From the NCBI GenBank assembly GCA_043816765.1, contig JBDRHN010000058.1, forward strand, positions 1-50,836: a DNA stretch of 50,836 nt. Reading direction: 5' to 3'. Positions 29,159 through 38,603 of this stretch are shown one piece after another. Source of the stretch: a bacterium (GTDB lineage Bacteria; Patescibacteriota; Patescibacteriia; JBDRHN01). Within the stretch, counting starts at the first letter, position 1, and every line of letters starts with the position of its first letter. Position numbers and translations under genes: made by a program. The notes beneath the pieces were generated by a model. It was not told where the DNA came from and ran no database searches. It saw only the letters and a list, made by a program, of their open reading frames with translations.

Positions 29159-30421
29159 TTAGTGCGTCGCGCAACTGATGCATGGATCATGCGCTCTTAT
29201 TAAAAATCTTATTAAATCTTTTTTTTGATTAGCTTTTAATTTTGACAAATCCAACTCTCCAATATCTTGCTCTATTACATTTAACATCTGGTCGGTTGGG
29301 GAAATGATGTTACAGTCAACAATATCTCCTTTTTTGTCTAATTTATACGCATGAAACAACATTCCTCGAGGAGCTTCCATTGCCGAGACTCCAAATCCGG
29401 CTTTGACTTCATATTTTGTATTTTTGGGAATTGTTTTTATTTTTAAATATTGATCAATTAATATTTTTGATTCTTCAATCAAATGCGCGACTTCCACGAC
29501 TTGCGCTAAAATATTATAAAATGAGTTGTAAATTGGAATTTTTAATCCCGTATCTCTTAGAACTTTTTTTGCTTCTTTGTTGAGCTGTGAATAGTTGTTG
29601 TTAATTCTAGCCAACGCGCCAACACCGTAGGGGCGTCCTTTGTATGTCGCGCGTTTTACAAGTTCTCCCCCTTTGTCGTCATATGTTCTCTCCTCAATGT
29701 CTTGATAAAATTTATCTATCGGCATTTTGAACCCATCGCTTGAAACTATTTTTCCATCATAAACAGGATATTCTTCTTCTGATCCCAAGGATATAAATTC
29801 TTTTTTGTTTTCCAGTTTTGGATATTTTAATTTTTCAAAAAATTTCACCAGTTGCCAAATGGATTCCATTGCTTCATCGTATTTTTTCAAAACTTCCTTC
29901 AAATCTTTTTCTTTCGGAAACTCTTTGAATCCTCCAACCTCGGACGACATGGGATGTATTGTCCGCCCGCCAATTATTTTAACCAATTCCATTCCGTATT
30001 CACGCACTTTTACCGCCGATGCTGTTTGCGCGGGGGTAAATTTAACCACTTTAAGCGTATTTTTTTCGTTGTAAAAATCCGGCAATGATAGCCAAAAAAA
30101 ATGCAGTCCATCGCTGTGGATGATTTGACCGTATTCCATCAGTTTGCGCAAGATAACTACCTGTGAAGAAACTTTAATATTAAGCGCCGCTTCCATTGCT
30201 TTGATCGAACATAGATTATGAACGACTGGACAAATGCCGCAAATTCGGGCGGTAATAATCGGCGCGTCGCTAAACTTTCGTCCCAATAAAATTCCTTCAA
30301 CAAGCCTTGCCCCTTCTTCGGTTTCAATTCTTGCTTCTTTGACGTTGCCATTCATTAGTTTACCCATAAAACTGGCATGGCCTTCTATTTTTGCTATGTG
30401 GTTTATTTTTATTTTTTTCAT
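29159..30421 (-). CDS. [NiFe]-hydrogenase large subunit, group 3b-like
   Basis: KIEGH, RICGIC (L1), EAPRG, DPCISCATH* (L2); ATG at 30421. Confidence 0.92.
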   Translation of the reverse strand: MKKIKINHIAKIEGHASFMGKLMNGNVKEARIETEEGARLVEGILLGRKFSDAPIITARICGICPVVHNLCSIKAMEAALNIKVSSQVVILRKLMEYGQIIHSDGLHFFWLSLPDFYNEKNTLKVVKFTPAQTASAVKVREYGMELVKIIGGRTIHPMSSEVGGFKEFPKEKDLKEVLKKYDEAMESIWQLVKFFEKLKYPKLENKKEFISLGSEEEYPVYDGKIVSSDGFKMPIDKFYQDIEERTYDDKGGELVKRATYKGRPYGVGALARINNNYSQLNKEAKKVLRDTGLKIPIYNSFYNILAQVVEVAHLIEESKILIDQYLKIKTIPKNTKYEVKAGFGVSAMEAPRGMLFHAYKLDKKGDIVDCNIISPTDQMLNVIEQDIGELDLSKLKANQKKDLIRFLIRAHDPCISCATH

Positions 30422-30431
30422 AATGCCGATT

Positions 30432-30467
30432 AAGGTGTCCGACACCCTATGGGGTGTCGGACACCTT
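30432..30467. repeat. Family-D palindrome containing the stop codon of the TRIC gene
   Basis: aaGGTGTccgACACCc-tatg-gGGTGTcggACACCtt. Confidence 0.9.
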
Positions 30468-31097
30468 TTTTGCTATTTTTGATTTTCTAAAACACTTCTT
30501 ATACACCCCATACTTTGATATTATCTCTCGAAATGTAAGTGTTATAACCATTGAAACAACAATGGCGACAGTAATATTATAGAACATAAAGACATAAAAG
30601 GAAAATGCTCCGAGCAATGAACTAATCGCGTAATTCGAACCCTTTCGAAAAACGAACGGCGCATCGCCCATTACCGCGTCTCTTATCACTCCGCCGCCAA
30701 AACCTGTTACCATTCCTAAAAAAATACAGGATAAAAATGAGTTTATGCTTATTTGTGTGTTCGCGAAAAGATGATTGTAGGTAACAGATACCCCTATTAT
30801 AACAAATACCGACAGTCCGATGGAGTCTATGAGTCTAAAAAATGAATATTTTTGTTTAAAAAATGTTGGCACGGAAAATGTTATTATGGCGCCAAGTGTG
30901 CTTATTAAAATGTAGTTTGGGTCTATTAAATAAAACAAGGGCGTTCTGTTTATAATCAAGTCCCTTATTGTCCCTCCTCCGACTGCTGTTATCAGTCCTA
31001 AAAAGATTGCTCCAAAAATGCTAAGTTTTGTTGTTTTAGCTTTAAAGGCTCCTGTGATTGCAAAGGCAAACGTGCCGAGTAGGTCTAGGAAGTACAT
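30447..31097 (-). CDS. TRIC cation channel / UPF0126 membrane protein
   Basis: Twin GGGTIRD / GGGVIRD motifs, DSIGL. Confidence 0.9.
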   Translation of the reverse strand: MYFLDLLGTFAFAITGAFKAKTTKLSIFGAIFLGLITAVGGGTIRDLIINRTPLFYLIDPNYILISTLGAIITFSVPTFFKQKYSFFRLIDSIGLSVFVIIGVSVTYNHLFANTQISINSFLSCIFLGMVTGFGGGVIRDAVMGDAPFVFRKGSNYAISSLLGAFSFYVFMFYNITVAIVVSMVITLTFREIISKYGVYKKCFRKSKIAKKVSDTP

Positions 31098-31179
31098 TGG
31101 CGTTTGGATTGTGGTTAATAATTATGGATTTTAATATCATTGGCAACTATTCAGAAATTCCGAATAACTGAATTTCCGC

Positions 31180-31281
31180 CCCGTTGGAGTCTCTCGGTGT
31201 TGGGACATAGTAGAAAGTCTAAATCAATATTTTGTTTATCTGCAAATAACGATCTTAATCTATTCAAGAGGACTCCAACGT
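31180..31281. mobile_element. ~100-bp MITE/REPIN-like element with family-A ends, copy 1
   Basis: CGTTGGAGTC...GACTCCAACG termini; internal similarity to 31546-31650. Confidence 0.65.
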
Positions 31282-31545
31282 TATTTTGCAATCACGCAGG
31301 TGTCCATTTCGGGAGACTCCTGCGGAGCGAAATCGTCTTCTCTGGTTTATATGGTAATATCTATTGTCCCTCCTTTTCCAACATCTGGTTTTTTTCTGTC
31401 TTCTATTTTATCTATGGCGGCTTGTTCTCTTCTTTTTCTTCTTTGCTCTTCGTTTTCCGTATTCTCACCCTTTTGAATGGAAAAAATTGGTTGAACTGCC
31501 AAATAACTTTCAATTTTTTTTATCATAATGTTTTTTAAGACTTTG

Positions 31546-31650
31546 CTCCGTTGGAGTCTCTCGGTGTTTGGTATTAACGGCGGATTTAAGTCAATATTTT
31601 ATTATCTATAAATATATAATCTAAGTCTATTCAAGATGACCCCAACGCGG
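31546..31650. mobile_element. ~100-bp MITE/REPIN-like element with family-A ends, copy 2
   Basis: Shares ccgttggagtctctcggtgtt, tcaatatttt, tctattcaaga and ccaacg with copy 1. Confidence 0.65.
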
Positions 31651-31660
31651 TCTTGCAACC

Positions 31661-32242
31661 CTAAATTTTTTGCTCTCTGCGTCTATCTTTTAGGTAATTA
31701 TCATAAAGCTTTTTTGTTGTCCTTGACAAAAATGGCCGTCTCTTGATTTTTTCATTTTTTTCAAGATATTCAATCATTTCGCCGGGATTCTTTTTAAGTA
31801 TTTTCATCAACGCGGGAAATCCTTTTGGCGTTGCCATCCACATAAAGTCAAGGTCATTAAAAACTCCGAGAATAATATCTTTTTTAAAAAGGTCGTCTTC
31901 CCCAAAAATCCATTTATCGTGCACCGATACGTAATAAAAAATCTTTTCTATTTTATCGTCAGGATAATCCAGTTTTTGTAAAATCTCTTTCGCTATTTCT
32001 GCTCCGGCTTTCATATGGGTCTTTTTCAAATCCAGTCTAAAAGGATTGCCTTTCGGAGTTTTTGAATAACCGACATCGTGAAGAATTACCAGCGGAAGCA
32101 ACAAAGAGTCGTCAATTTTTTCTTTTTTGCAAACAAGCAATGCGTCTTTCATCATCCATTCAATATGATCAATATCCATCGGGCGTCCTTTTTGGTAGTG
32201 GGGCTTTGCCAGTTTCCACATTTTTTTGTATGTTTCTTTCAT
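31661..32242 (-). CDS. HD-domain protein
   Basis: H...ILHDVG...H...HD...D metal-binding pattern. Confidence 0.8.
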   Translation of the reverse strand: MKETYKKMWKLAKPHYQKGRPMDIDHIEWMMKDALLVCKKEKIDDSLLLPLVILHDVGYSKTPKGNPFRLDLKKTHMKAGAEIAKEILQKLDYPDDKIEKIFYYVSVHDKWIFGEDDLFKKDIILGVFNDLDFMWMATPKGFPALMKILKKNPGEMIEYLEKNEKIKRRPFLSRTTKKLYDNYLKDRRREQKI

Positions 32243-32258
32243 AGGCAGGCAGGGGGGT

Positions 32259-33302
32259 TTATTCCTTGTTAGATTTTAAAAATTTTTTCACTTCGCGATC
32301 AAAATCGGATTCAAACAGTTTGTCTTGAATGGGTCTGTATTTTTCAAATTCACTTTCAGCAAACGCCTTTGCAATTTCCATGGTTATTTTTCCCGCATCT
32401 TTTAAAATTTCCTCTCCATTAAATTTTAAAAAAACATTAAGTTTTTCCGACCAGTCTTTCGTCGTCATCGGTATTCCCTTTTCCGCTTGATGTTCGGCAT
32501 AATCAAGATACATTGTTACAATGCGATTTAAAAATTTTATCTCTTTTGTATTTAAATAATTTTTCGCAATAGATACATCCGACTTTAAAATTCTTCCATT
32601 CGGGGCTTTCTTCCAAGTCGTTAGCCCCATATAATCTTTCTTGCAATTAGCCCTCTTGGCAATAAGTTCGGCGGCGGTATTGCCATGTGTTGCGTAATGA
32701 AGCTTATTTTGCACAGTTGCAAAAAATATTTTTGTGGTCTGTGAATGAATATCATAATCCATTGCAGTTACGTAAATATCGGTAATTTGCTGATAAAAAT
32801 TCCTCTCGCTTTGACGAATATCGCGAATCTCAAGAATTAAATCTTTAAAATACTGCGGGCTTAAATAAGCGCCATTTTTTAATCGTTCGTCATCCAAAAC
32901 ATATCCTTTTACCGCGTAATCTTTTAAAACTCTTGTTGCCCATCTTCTAAAATCCGTTGCTCTCTCAGAATTTATTCTATACCCCAGTGAAATAATCACC
33001 TCTAAATTATAATACTCAATTTCCCTTGAAACATTTCTATTCCCCTCTTTTTGAACTATTCGGAATTTCCGAATAGTTGCTTTTTCTTCCAATTCTTCTG
33101 ACGCATAAATATTTCTCAAATGCTCATTTACGTTTGGAATATTGACATCAAAAAGTTTGGCAATAAGTTTTTGCGTCAGCCAAACATTTTCATCTTGCAC
33201 GCGAACTTCAATTCCATATTCTCCCGCTTGAGAGGTAAAAATCAAAAATTCCGCCGTGCTATTTCTGATAGTTAGTTTTTTTGTTGTTTTAATATCTGCC
33301 AT
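32259..33302 (-). CDS. Virulence RhuM family protein
   Basis: WLTQKLIAKLF, ATIRKFRIV, YNLEVIISLGYRINS, QNKLH. Confidence 0.92.
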   Translation of the reverse strand: MADIKTTKKLTIRNSTAEFLIFTSQAGEYGIEVRVQDENVWLTQKLIAKLFDVNIPNVNEHLRNIYASEELEEKATIRKFRIVQKEGNRNVSREIEYYNLEVIISLGYRINSERATDFRRWATRVLKDYAVKGYVLDDERLKNGAYLSPQYFKDLILEIRDIRQSERNFYQQITDIYVTAMDYDIHSQTTKIFFATVQNKLHYATHGNTAAELIAKRANCKKDYMGLTTWKKAPNGRILKSDVSIAKNYLNTKEIKFLNRIVTMYLDYAEHQAEKGIPMTTKDWSEKLNVFLKFNGEEILKDAGKITMEIAKAFAESEFEKYRPIQDKLFESDFDREVKKFLKSNKE

Positions 33303-33351
33303 TGTTATTTTTTACTGTTATAAAATCAATTAAATTTATATAATTTTAATC

Positions 33352-33536
33352 TTACCTCACCGCCCCCGCCACTACTCCAACCACGCGCCTATCAAAAACA
33401 TCAGGAATTATTTTTTCGCTGTTGGATTTTCAACCAAACCAGCCAAGGCTTTGGCGGCGTTTAGTTTCATTTCGTCGGTTATCTTTTTAATATTATCATC
33501 AAGCGCGCCGCGAAATATGCCGGGAAAAACTAAAAG
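33352..33536 (-). pseudogene. 3' remnant of a malic enzyme gene with a frameshift
   Basis: Hand translation LVFPGIFRGALDDNIKKITDEMKLNAAKALA...; frameshift in the A run near 33411, then IIPDVFDRRVV...*. Confidence 0.8.
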
Positions 33537-33566
33537 ATGGAAATAATTATAAAAATTTCCATCTTT
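33533..33566 (-). terminator. Hairpin, probable terminator after the 3D-domain gene
   Basis: AAAGATGGAAAT-N10-ATTTCCATCTTT. Confidence 0.55.
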
Positions 33567-33599
33567 CTTTTTGATTTATTAAAAATCTTTAAATACCTC

Positions 33600-34172
33600 T
33601 TAAAAAACCTCCATCTTTAGATATTGAATTCCAAATTGTTTTGCTTCTTCCCTGTCCGACATCCAAACATCAACCTGCATGCTGTAACGTTCATTCATTC
33701 TATCCTCAACGACAAAAAGTTTATCGCCAAATTTATTTGGAAAACGAATTACTGTTCCGACAGGCAAAAAATTCGCCGCCACTATACCGTCCCGAATCGG
33801 AGTTCCAAAAGCGGTTATATAGGGAGTATCATCTGTTTGGTCAACAGTGCTTGTGTATGAGGAAACTGTTACATTCATTACTTGCTGTGGAACTTTGTTC
33901 GCAAAATATTGACGCAAATAAACATCAATATCAATGGGCTGGGAATCTACTATATAAATCGGACGAGGCTGATTAAGAATAATTTTTTTTGAAAAATTTT
34001 CAGCTTGCAGAAAAAATTGCGCCAACTCAATCACAAAAAGAGCCGCAAGCATAAAAACAACCAAACTTGCGCAGACCGCGGTAATCTTGCTTTTAAATAC
34101 AACCGCCTCCTTTTTATTTTTTTCTTTTTGCGGTTTGTGAGTTTTTGCTTTTTTATGCTTTTTAAAAAACAT
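33600..34172 (-). CDS. 3D-domain (cell-wall) protein with an N-terminal TM helix
   Basis: YTSTVDQTDDTP, VAANFLP, VEDRM, DVW. Confidence 0.85.
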   Translation of the reverse strand: MFFKKHKKAKTHKPQKEKNKKEAVVFKSKITAVCASLVVFMLAALFVIELAQFFLQAENFSKKIILNQPRPIYIVDSQPIDIDVYLRQYFANKVPQQVMNVTVSSYTSTVDQTDDTPYITAFGTPIRDGIVAANFLPVGTVIRFPNKFGDKLFVVEDRMNERYSMQVDVWMSDREEAKQFGIQYLKMEVF

Positions 34173-34296
34173 ATTATTAATATTAAAAAATAAATTTTAC
34201 ATTAACAATATAATAGCATGTTTTTTAAAAAATTAAAAATGCAAATTTCAAAATTGTTTAAAAAGATACAAGGACACAAGATACACTTTGCGCTTT

Positions 34297-35808
34297 TTAA
34301 ATCAATCTATTCAACGCGTTCAAGTAAGCTTTGCACGAAGCTATAACAATATCTGTTGACGCGCCTGCGCCGACAACCGCTTTGCCGCCTCTTTGAACTT
34401 TGACTGTCACTTCCGCTTGTGCGTCAATTCCGGCGGTAACGGATGCCATTGAAAACTCTAGCAGTTGCATGTCTGTTGCGCCGATGATTTTATCAATCGC
34501 TTTGTATGCCGCATCAACTGGTCCGTCGCCTTCTATTTTTGTTTCTTGAATTTCTCCTTTATCATTAACCAAACTAACAAAAGCTGTCGGCGTTCCTTGG
34601 TTGCCGCAAGTGACGTTAATTTTTTCCAGTTTATATTTTTGCTGAGAAATTTTAATTTCGTCATTAATAATCGCTTCCAAATCCATATCAACAATTTCTT
34701 TTTTCTGATCGGCAAGTTTTTTGAATCTTTCAAAAACTTTTTCTATTTCATCTGTTTCAAGCATGTATCCGAGTTTTTCTAATCTATCAATCAACGCGTG
34801 CTTTCCTGAATGTTTTCCTAAGACCAATAAATTCGAATTAAGTCCGATATCTTCCGCGCACATTATTTCATAAGTGTCGCGTTTTTTTAAAATACCGTCT
34901 TGGTGGATTCCCGCTTCGTGCGAAAAGGCATTCGCGCCGACTATGGCTTTGTTTCTTTGAACTGCTATGCCTGTTAAATTACTGACCAGTTTTGAAGTTC
35001 GCATTATTTCTTTTGTATTTATATTTGTGGCGCAATCAAAATAATCTTTTCTTGTGTTTATCGCCATTGCAATTTCTTCTAATGCCGCGTTGCCAGCTCT
35101 TTCTCCCAAACCGTTGACTGTGCATTCAATTTGTCCTGCTCCATTTTTTAAAGCGACTAAACTATTTGCTGTTGCCATTCCTAAATCGTTATGGCAATGC
35201 ACTGATATAATCGCCTTGTTTATGTTTGGAACATTTTTAACAATTCCTTCTATGATTCTAGCAAATTCTTCGGGTATAATGTATCCGACTGTATCGGGAA
35301 TATTAACTGTTGTCGCACCAACGTCTATTACCGCTTCCAAAATTCTATATAAAAATTTGCTCTCTGTTCGCGCCGCGTCTTCTGGTGAAAACTCTATATC
35401 TTCGCAATATTTTTTCGCGTATTTAACATGTTCAACTGCTACTTTAATAGCATCGTCTTCTGTGAGTTTTAATTTATGCTCAAGATGAATTTTTGATGTT
35501 GCCAAAAAAGTATGGATGCGCGGATGTTTTGCGTTTTTTATCGCTCCCCATGCCGCGTCAATATCCGCTTTTTTGCATCGCGAAAGACTGCAAATTGTAA
35601 CATTCTTAATCAAGCCGGCGATTTGTTGTATGGCGTTAAAATCATCAGGAGATGATATCGCAAATCCCGCTTCCATAATATCAATTCCGAGCTTTTCCAA
35701 CTGAAGCGCGATTTGGATTTTTTCTTTTGTGTTTAATGTCGCGCCCGGCGATTGTTCTCCGTCGCGAAGTGTTGTGTCAAAAATTTTTACGGTTTTCATA
35801 TTATTCAA
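34297..35808 (-). CDS. leuA: 2-isopropylmalate synthase
   Basis: DTTLRDGEQSPG, HCHNDLG, GERAGNA, C-terminal regulatory domain (GPVDA). Confidence 0.95.
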   Translation of the reverse strand: MNNMKTVKIFDTTLRDGEQSPGATLNTKEKIQIALQLEKLGIDIMEAGFAISSPDDFNAIQQIAGLIKNVTICSLSRCKKADIDAAWGAIKNAKHPRIHTFLATSKIHLEHKLKLTEDDAIKVAVEHVKYAKKYCEDIEFSPEDAARTESKFLYRILEAVIDVGATTVNIPDTVGYIIPEEFARIIEGIVKNVPNINKAIISVHCHNDLGMATANSLVALKNGAGQIECTVNGLGERAGNAALEEIAMAINTRKDYFDCATNINTKEIMRTSKLVSNLTGIAVQRNKAIVGANAFSHEAGIHQDGILKKRDTYEIMCAEDIGLNSNLLVLGKHSGKHALIDRLEKLGYMLETDEIEKVFERFKKLADQKKEIVDMDLEAIINDEIKISQQKYKLEKINVTCGNQGTPTAFVSLVNDKGEIQETKIEGDGPVDAAYKAIDKIIGATDMQLLEFSMASVTAGIDAQAEVTVKVQRGGKAVVGAGASTDIVIASCKAYLNALNRLI

Positions 35809-36271
35809 TTGTATTAAGCAGTCCCCCTTTTTCCATTATATTTTTGACAAAATTTGGAATCGGAGAAAAATTATATTTATCTTCGCCTTTTGTAAAATAC
35901 CCTTGGTCTAAATCAACCATAATCTCATCTCCTGTTTTTAATTTGCCGTCAATCTCTTTGCATTCAATCGCCAAAAATCCGTTGTTAATCGCGTTGCGGT
36001 AAAAAATGCGGGAAAAAGATTTCGCGATTATTCCTTTTACGCCAGCGCCGCGCAACGCCCATATCGCGTGTTCTCTTGATGAACCGCATCCAAAATCTTC
36101 GCCTGCGACTATAAAGTCTCCGTTTTGGACTTTTTTTATAAAATCGGGGTCTATGTCTTCCATGGCGTGTTTGGCGAGTTCTTTTTCGTCGTAAGTATTC
36201 AAATATCTCGCAGGGATGATTTCGTCTGTGTTAATGCTGTTTCTAAGGTAAACGTGTATTTTTGTTTTCAT
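35801..36271 (-). CDS. leuD: 3-isopropylmalate dehydratase small subunit
   Basis: INTDEIIP, FGCGSSREHA, SFSRIFYRNAIN. Confidence 0.92.
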   Translation of the reverse strand: MKTKIHVYLRNSINTDEIIPARYLNTYDEKELAKHAMEDIDPDFIKKVQNGDFIVAGEDFGCGSSREHAIWALRGAGVKGIIAKSFSRIFYRNAINNGFLAIECKEIDGKLKTGDEIMVDLDQGYFTKGEDKYNFSPIPNFVKNIMEKGGLLNTIE

Positions 36272-36430
36272 GCTGTTTTGAATAAAGTTAAATTGGAGTA
36301 TTTTTTGCGTTTACGCAAAAACCTATATCTGACCTACCTAAATATTTTTTGACATTGTTATAATCGGTTTCGCCACTGATGATATATAAATTATTTTATA
36401 ATAAAAAAACGAAAATGACAATGTTTTATC

Positions 36431-36482
36431 AAAAAAAATGGAAGCCCGACTTCCAGTTTGGAAGTCGGGCTTCCATTTTTTT
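36431..36482. repeat. Family-D nested palindrome
   Basis: atGGAAGcccgaCTTCCa-gtt-tGGAAGtcgggCTTCCat flanked by A/T runs. Confidence 0.88.
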
Positions 36483-36631
36483 ATTCTCTATTTCTGTCTT
36501 TTTGTTCCCATAAGAATACAGAGGGGGAGAAGAAACAAAATTCGTCTCTCCCCCCCCCATATTTTTTAAAATGCGCATTTTAAAAAATACGATAAAAAAA
36601 ACTAATTTACACCCCTTTAATAACTCCTTAT

Positions 36632-37738
36632 TTATTGATGAGTAGATTTAATTCTTTTTTGAACCAAAGCTATATTTTTGGCTAGATACTTTGTTGCCAC
36701 ACAATACTCGGGAATAACATCAAATATATCTCCTGTTTGAAAAGCAATTCTTCCTGCACACCCTCCAGCACAATATTGACCTATTTCACAATTTTTACAG
36801 ACGGGAAGATTTTCCAACCTCCTACGACCAAGATGCTCGATTCTATCAAAATAATATTTCACTTCTTTCTTTGCTCTGTTCCATGTTCCGTATATGAAAC
36901 ATTTCAATTCTTCCTTGGTATCATGGTAGAGAGCCATATCACAACTAGACACAGAATCATCCGGGTTTAATTGCGGTACTGGTATACAACTGCGACACCC
37001 TACATTTGTAGACTCATCAAAATTAAATGTAAGTGAGTTTAAGAGATCCATGCCATATTCATCAGCTCGTTTATATGCCTGCACAAATCCCTCTGCAAAT
37101 TTCATAATGTCGCTTTTGGTCACAGAACATTTTCCTCTATCACGTCTAGGTATTGAGTAAATTACCGGATTTAAAGCCAAACTCTTTATTCCCTTGTTGT
37201 GGTAATATTCCACTAAAGTTATCTGCTTATCAAAGATTTCCTCTTCTACGGTTGAACGTACACCAATAGCTGTTCTTACGCCTACTATTTCCATATTCTT
37301 TTCAATTTCCAATGTGCGCCCCTTGCCACATTTATCCGGCCTATTCTTGTCATTAATTTCTGGCGGACCATCTAATGAAAACCAGACTATGTCAAAATTC
37401 TTCGCAATCCAATTGGTATCCTCTGATGTTTCAAACAAACCATTTGTCTGAAGTTCGGTTTTAATATCTGGCTTAAGCCTCCGTGCATGCTCAACACAAG
37501 AGCGAACAATATCCATTTCCTGCGTTGGTTCTCCTGGTGAAAAAAAACGCAATGTTGTCACTTTGACACCTGAGGGGTATCCACGAATAGCATCCTCAAT
37601 GCCTTTTTTGGCAAATTCAATATCAATCACTATTGGATTATCCTGCTCGTCGCTAGACGATGCCATACAATATCCACATCGTAAATTGCAACGATTAGTC
37701 GGATTTACTGTTACTGCCAACTTATCGCAATGTTTCAT
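36632..37738 (-). CDS. Radical SAM / SPASM-domain protein
   Basis: CNLRCGYC, GEP, TNG, SLDG; C-terminal CKNCEIGQYCAGGC. Confidence 0.92.
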   Translation of the reverse strand: MKHCDKLAVTVNPTNRCNLRCGYCMASSSDEQDNPIVIDIEFAKKGIEDAIRGYPSGVKVTTLRFFSPGEPTQEMDIVRSCVEHARRLKPDIKTELQTNGLFETSEDTNWIAKNFDIVWFSLDGPPEINDKNRPDKCGKGRTLEIEKNMEIVGVRTAIGVRSTVEEEIFDKQITLVEYYHNKGIKSLALNPVIYSIPRRDRGKCSVTKSDIMKFAEGFVQAYKRADEYGMDLLNSLTFNFDESTNVGCRSCIPVPQLNPDDSVSSCDMALYHDTKEELKCFIYGTWNRAKKEVKYYFDRIEHLGRRRLENLPVCKNCEIGQYCAGGCAGRIAFQTGDIFDVIPEYCVATKYLAKNIALVQKRIKSTHQ

Positions 37739-37785
37739 TTTTTTACCCTCTTCTAAATTGGTTTAAAATATTAAAACAACAAATA

Positions 37786-38460
37786 TTAAGCTAAAGTTAT
37801 CTTTACAGTAGGCTTACCTTTTTTTGTAGAATATTTAATGCTCACTTCTCCAATTTCTGATATATCTTTCACATGAGTACCACCGCAAGGAATTTTATAG
37901 CCCAAACACTCCCACCAGCGAAAACCAGCTTTTTCCGCATCTGGATAGGTTGTTACTTCTGCACCCTCGGAAATAACTTTACGAAACTCACTGTTTGCCT
38001 TGTCAATCAATTCCTCAGTAATTTCTTTGCTTTCATATCTATTAAATGCAAAACCTGTTTCTTCAATGCTTGAAACTTGTGGATATGGCATTTTTTTACC
38101 AGCGACACGCTCAATTATGCAGTGATGCAGATGGACAGATGTATGTAATTTCATTTGATTATAACGAAAATCCCAATCCAAACTACATTCAACATCTTTA
38201 CCGACATTGCTTTCGTCAACCTGCTCTTCGGTGATTATTAAAACACCATCATCTGAATACTGATCCTTAAGTGTGTCGATAATCTGGATATTTTTACCAT
38301 CAATAATTAGAATACCCTTATCTCCTCTTTGTCCTCCTCCCTTTGGGTAAAAAATATTATCCTCCAACTGGATACAATTTTTATCATCTTCGGTAAAAAT
38401 GCTCTTAATTCTAGTCCGCAATTCACGCACATACAGATCATCATAGAGTTTATTAGACAT
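37786..38460 (-). CDS. AlaX-M type trans-editing protein (alanyl-tRNA editing)
   Basis: FYPKGGGQRGD, HTSVH, CGGTH. Confidence 0.9.
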   Translation of the reverse strand: MSNKLYDDLYVRELRTRIKSIFTEDDKNCIQLEDNIFYPKGGGQRGDKGILIIDGKNIQIIDTLKDQYSDDGVLIITEEQVDESNVGKDVECSLDWDFRYNQMKLHTSVHLHHCIIERVAGKKMPYPQVSSIEETGFAFNRYESKEITEELIDKANSEFRKVISEGAEVTTYPDAEKAGFRWWECLGYKIPCGGTHVKDISEIGEVSIKYSTKKGKPTVKITLA

Positions 38461-38557
38461 AATGTTCCCCTTTCTAAATTAAATAATTTTATGAAATAAA
38501 CACCCATAAATAATGACGCAGAATATCTACGCTGGCAGTTTTCAATGAACTATTCAT

Positions 38558-38585
38558 ATTATACACGGATTGCCTCAAATGTCAA
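38558..38585 (-). promoter_or_regulatory. Promoter of the alaX-rSAM pair
   Basis: TTGACA-N16-TATAAT on the - strand. Confidence 0.7.
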
Positions 38586-38603
38586 TGATTAGCTCATTTA
38601 ATT

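Noticed and set aside
31140-31538. 132-aa + strand ORF
   Set aside because: Patchwork of a RhuM-like palindrome, the MITE-like element and low-complexity antisense sequence
36288-36395. Possible glycosyltransferase sliver (VKKYLGRSDIG)
   Set aside because: Too short to assign without a search
38489-38557. 22-aa ORF (MNSSLKTASVDILRHYLWVFIS) as the rSAM precursor peptide
   Set aside because: Its ATG directly abuts the -10 box, upstream of the expected transcription start, with no RBS
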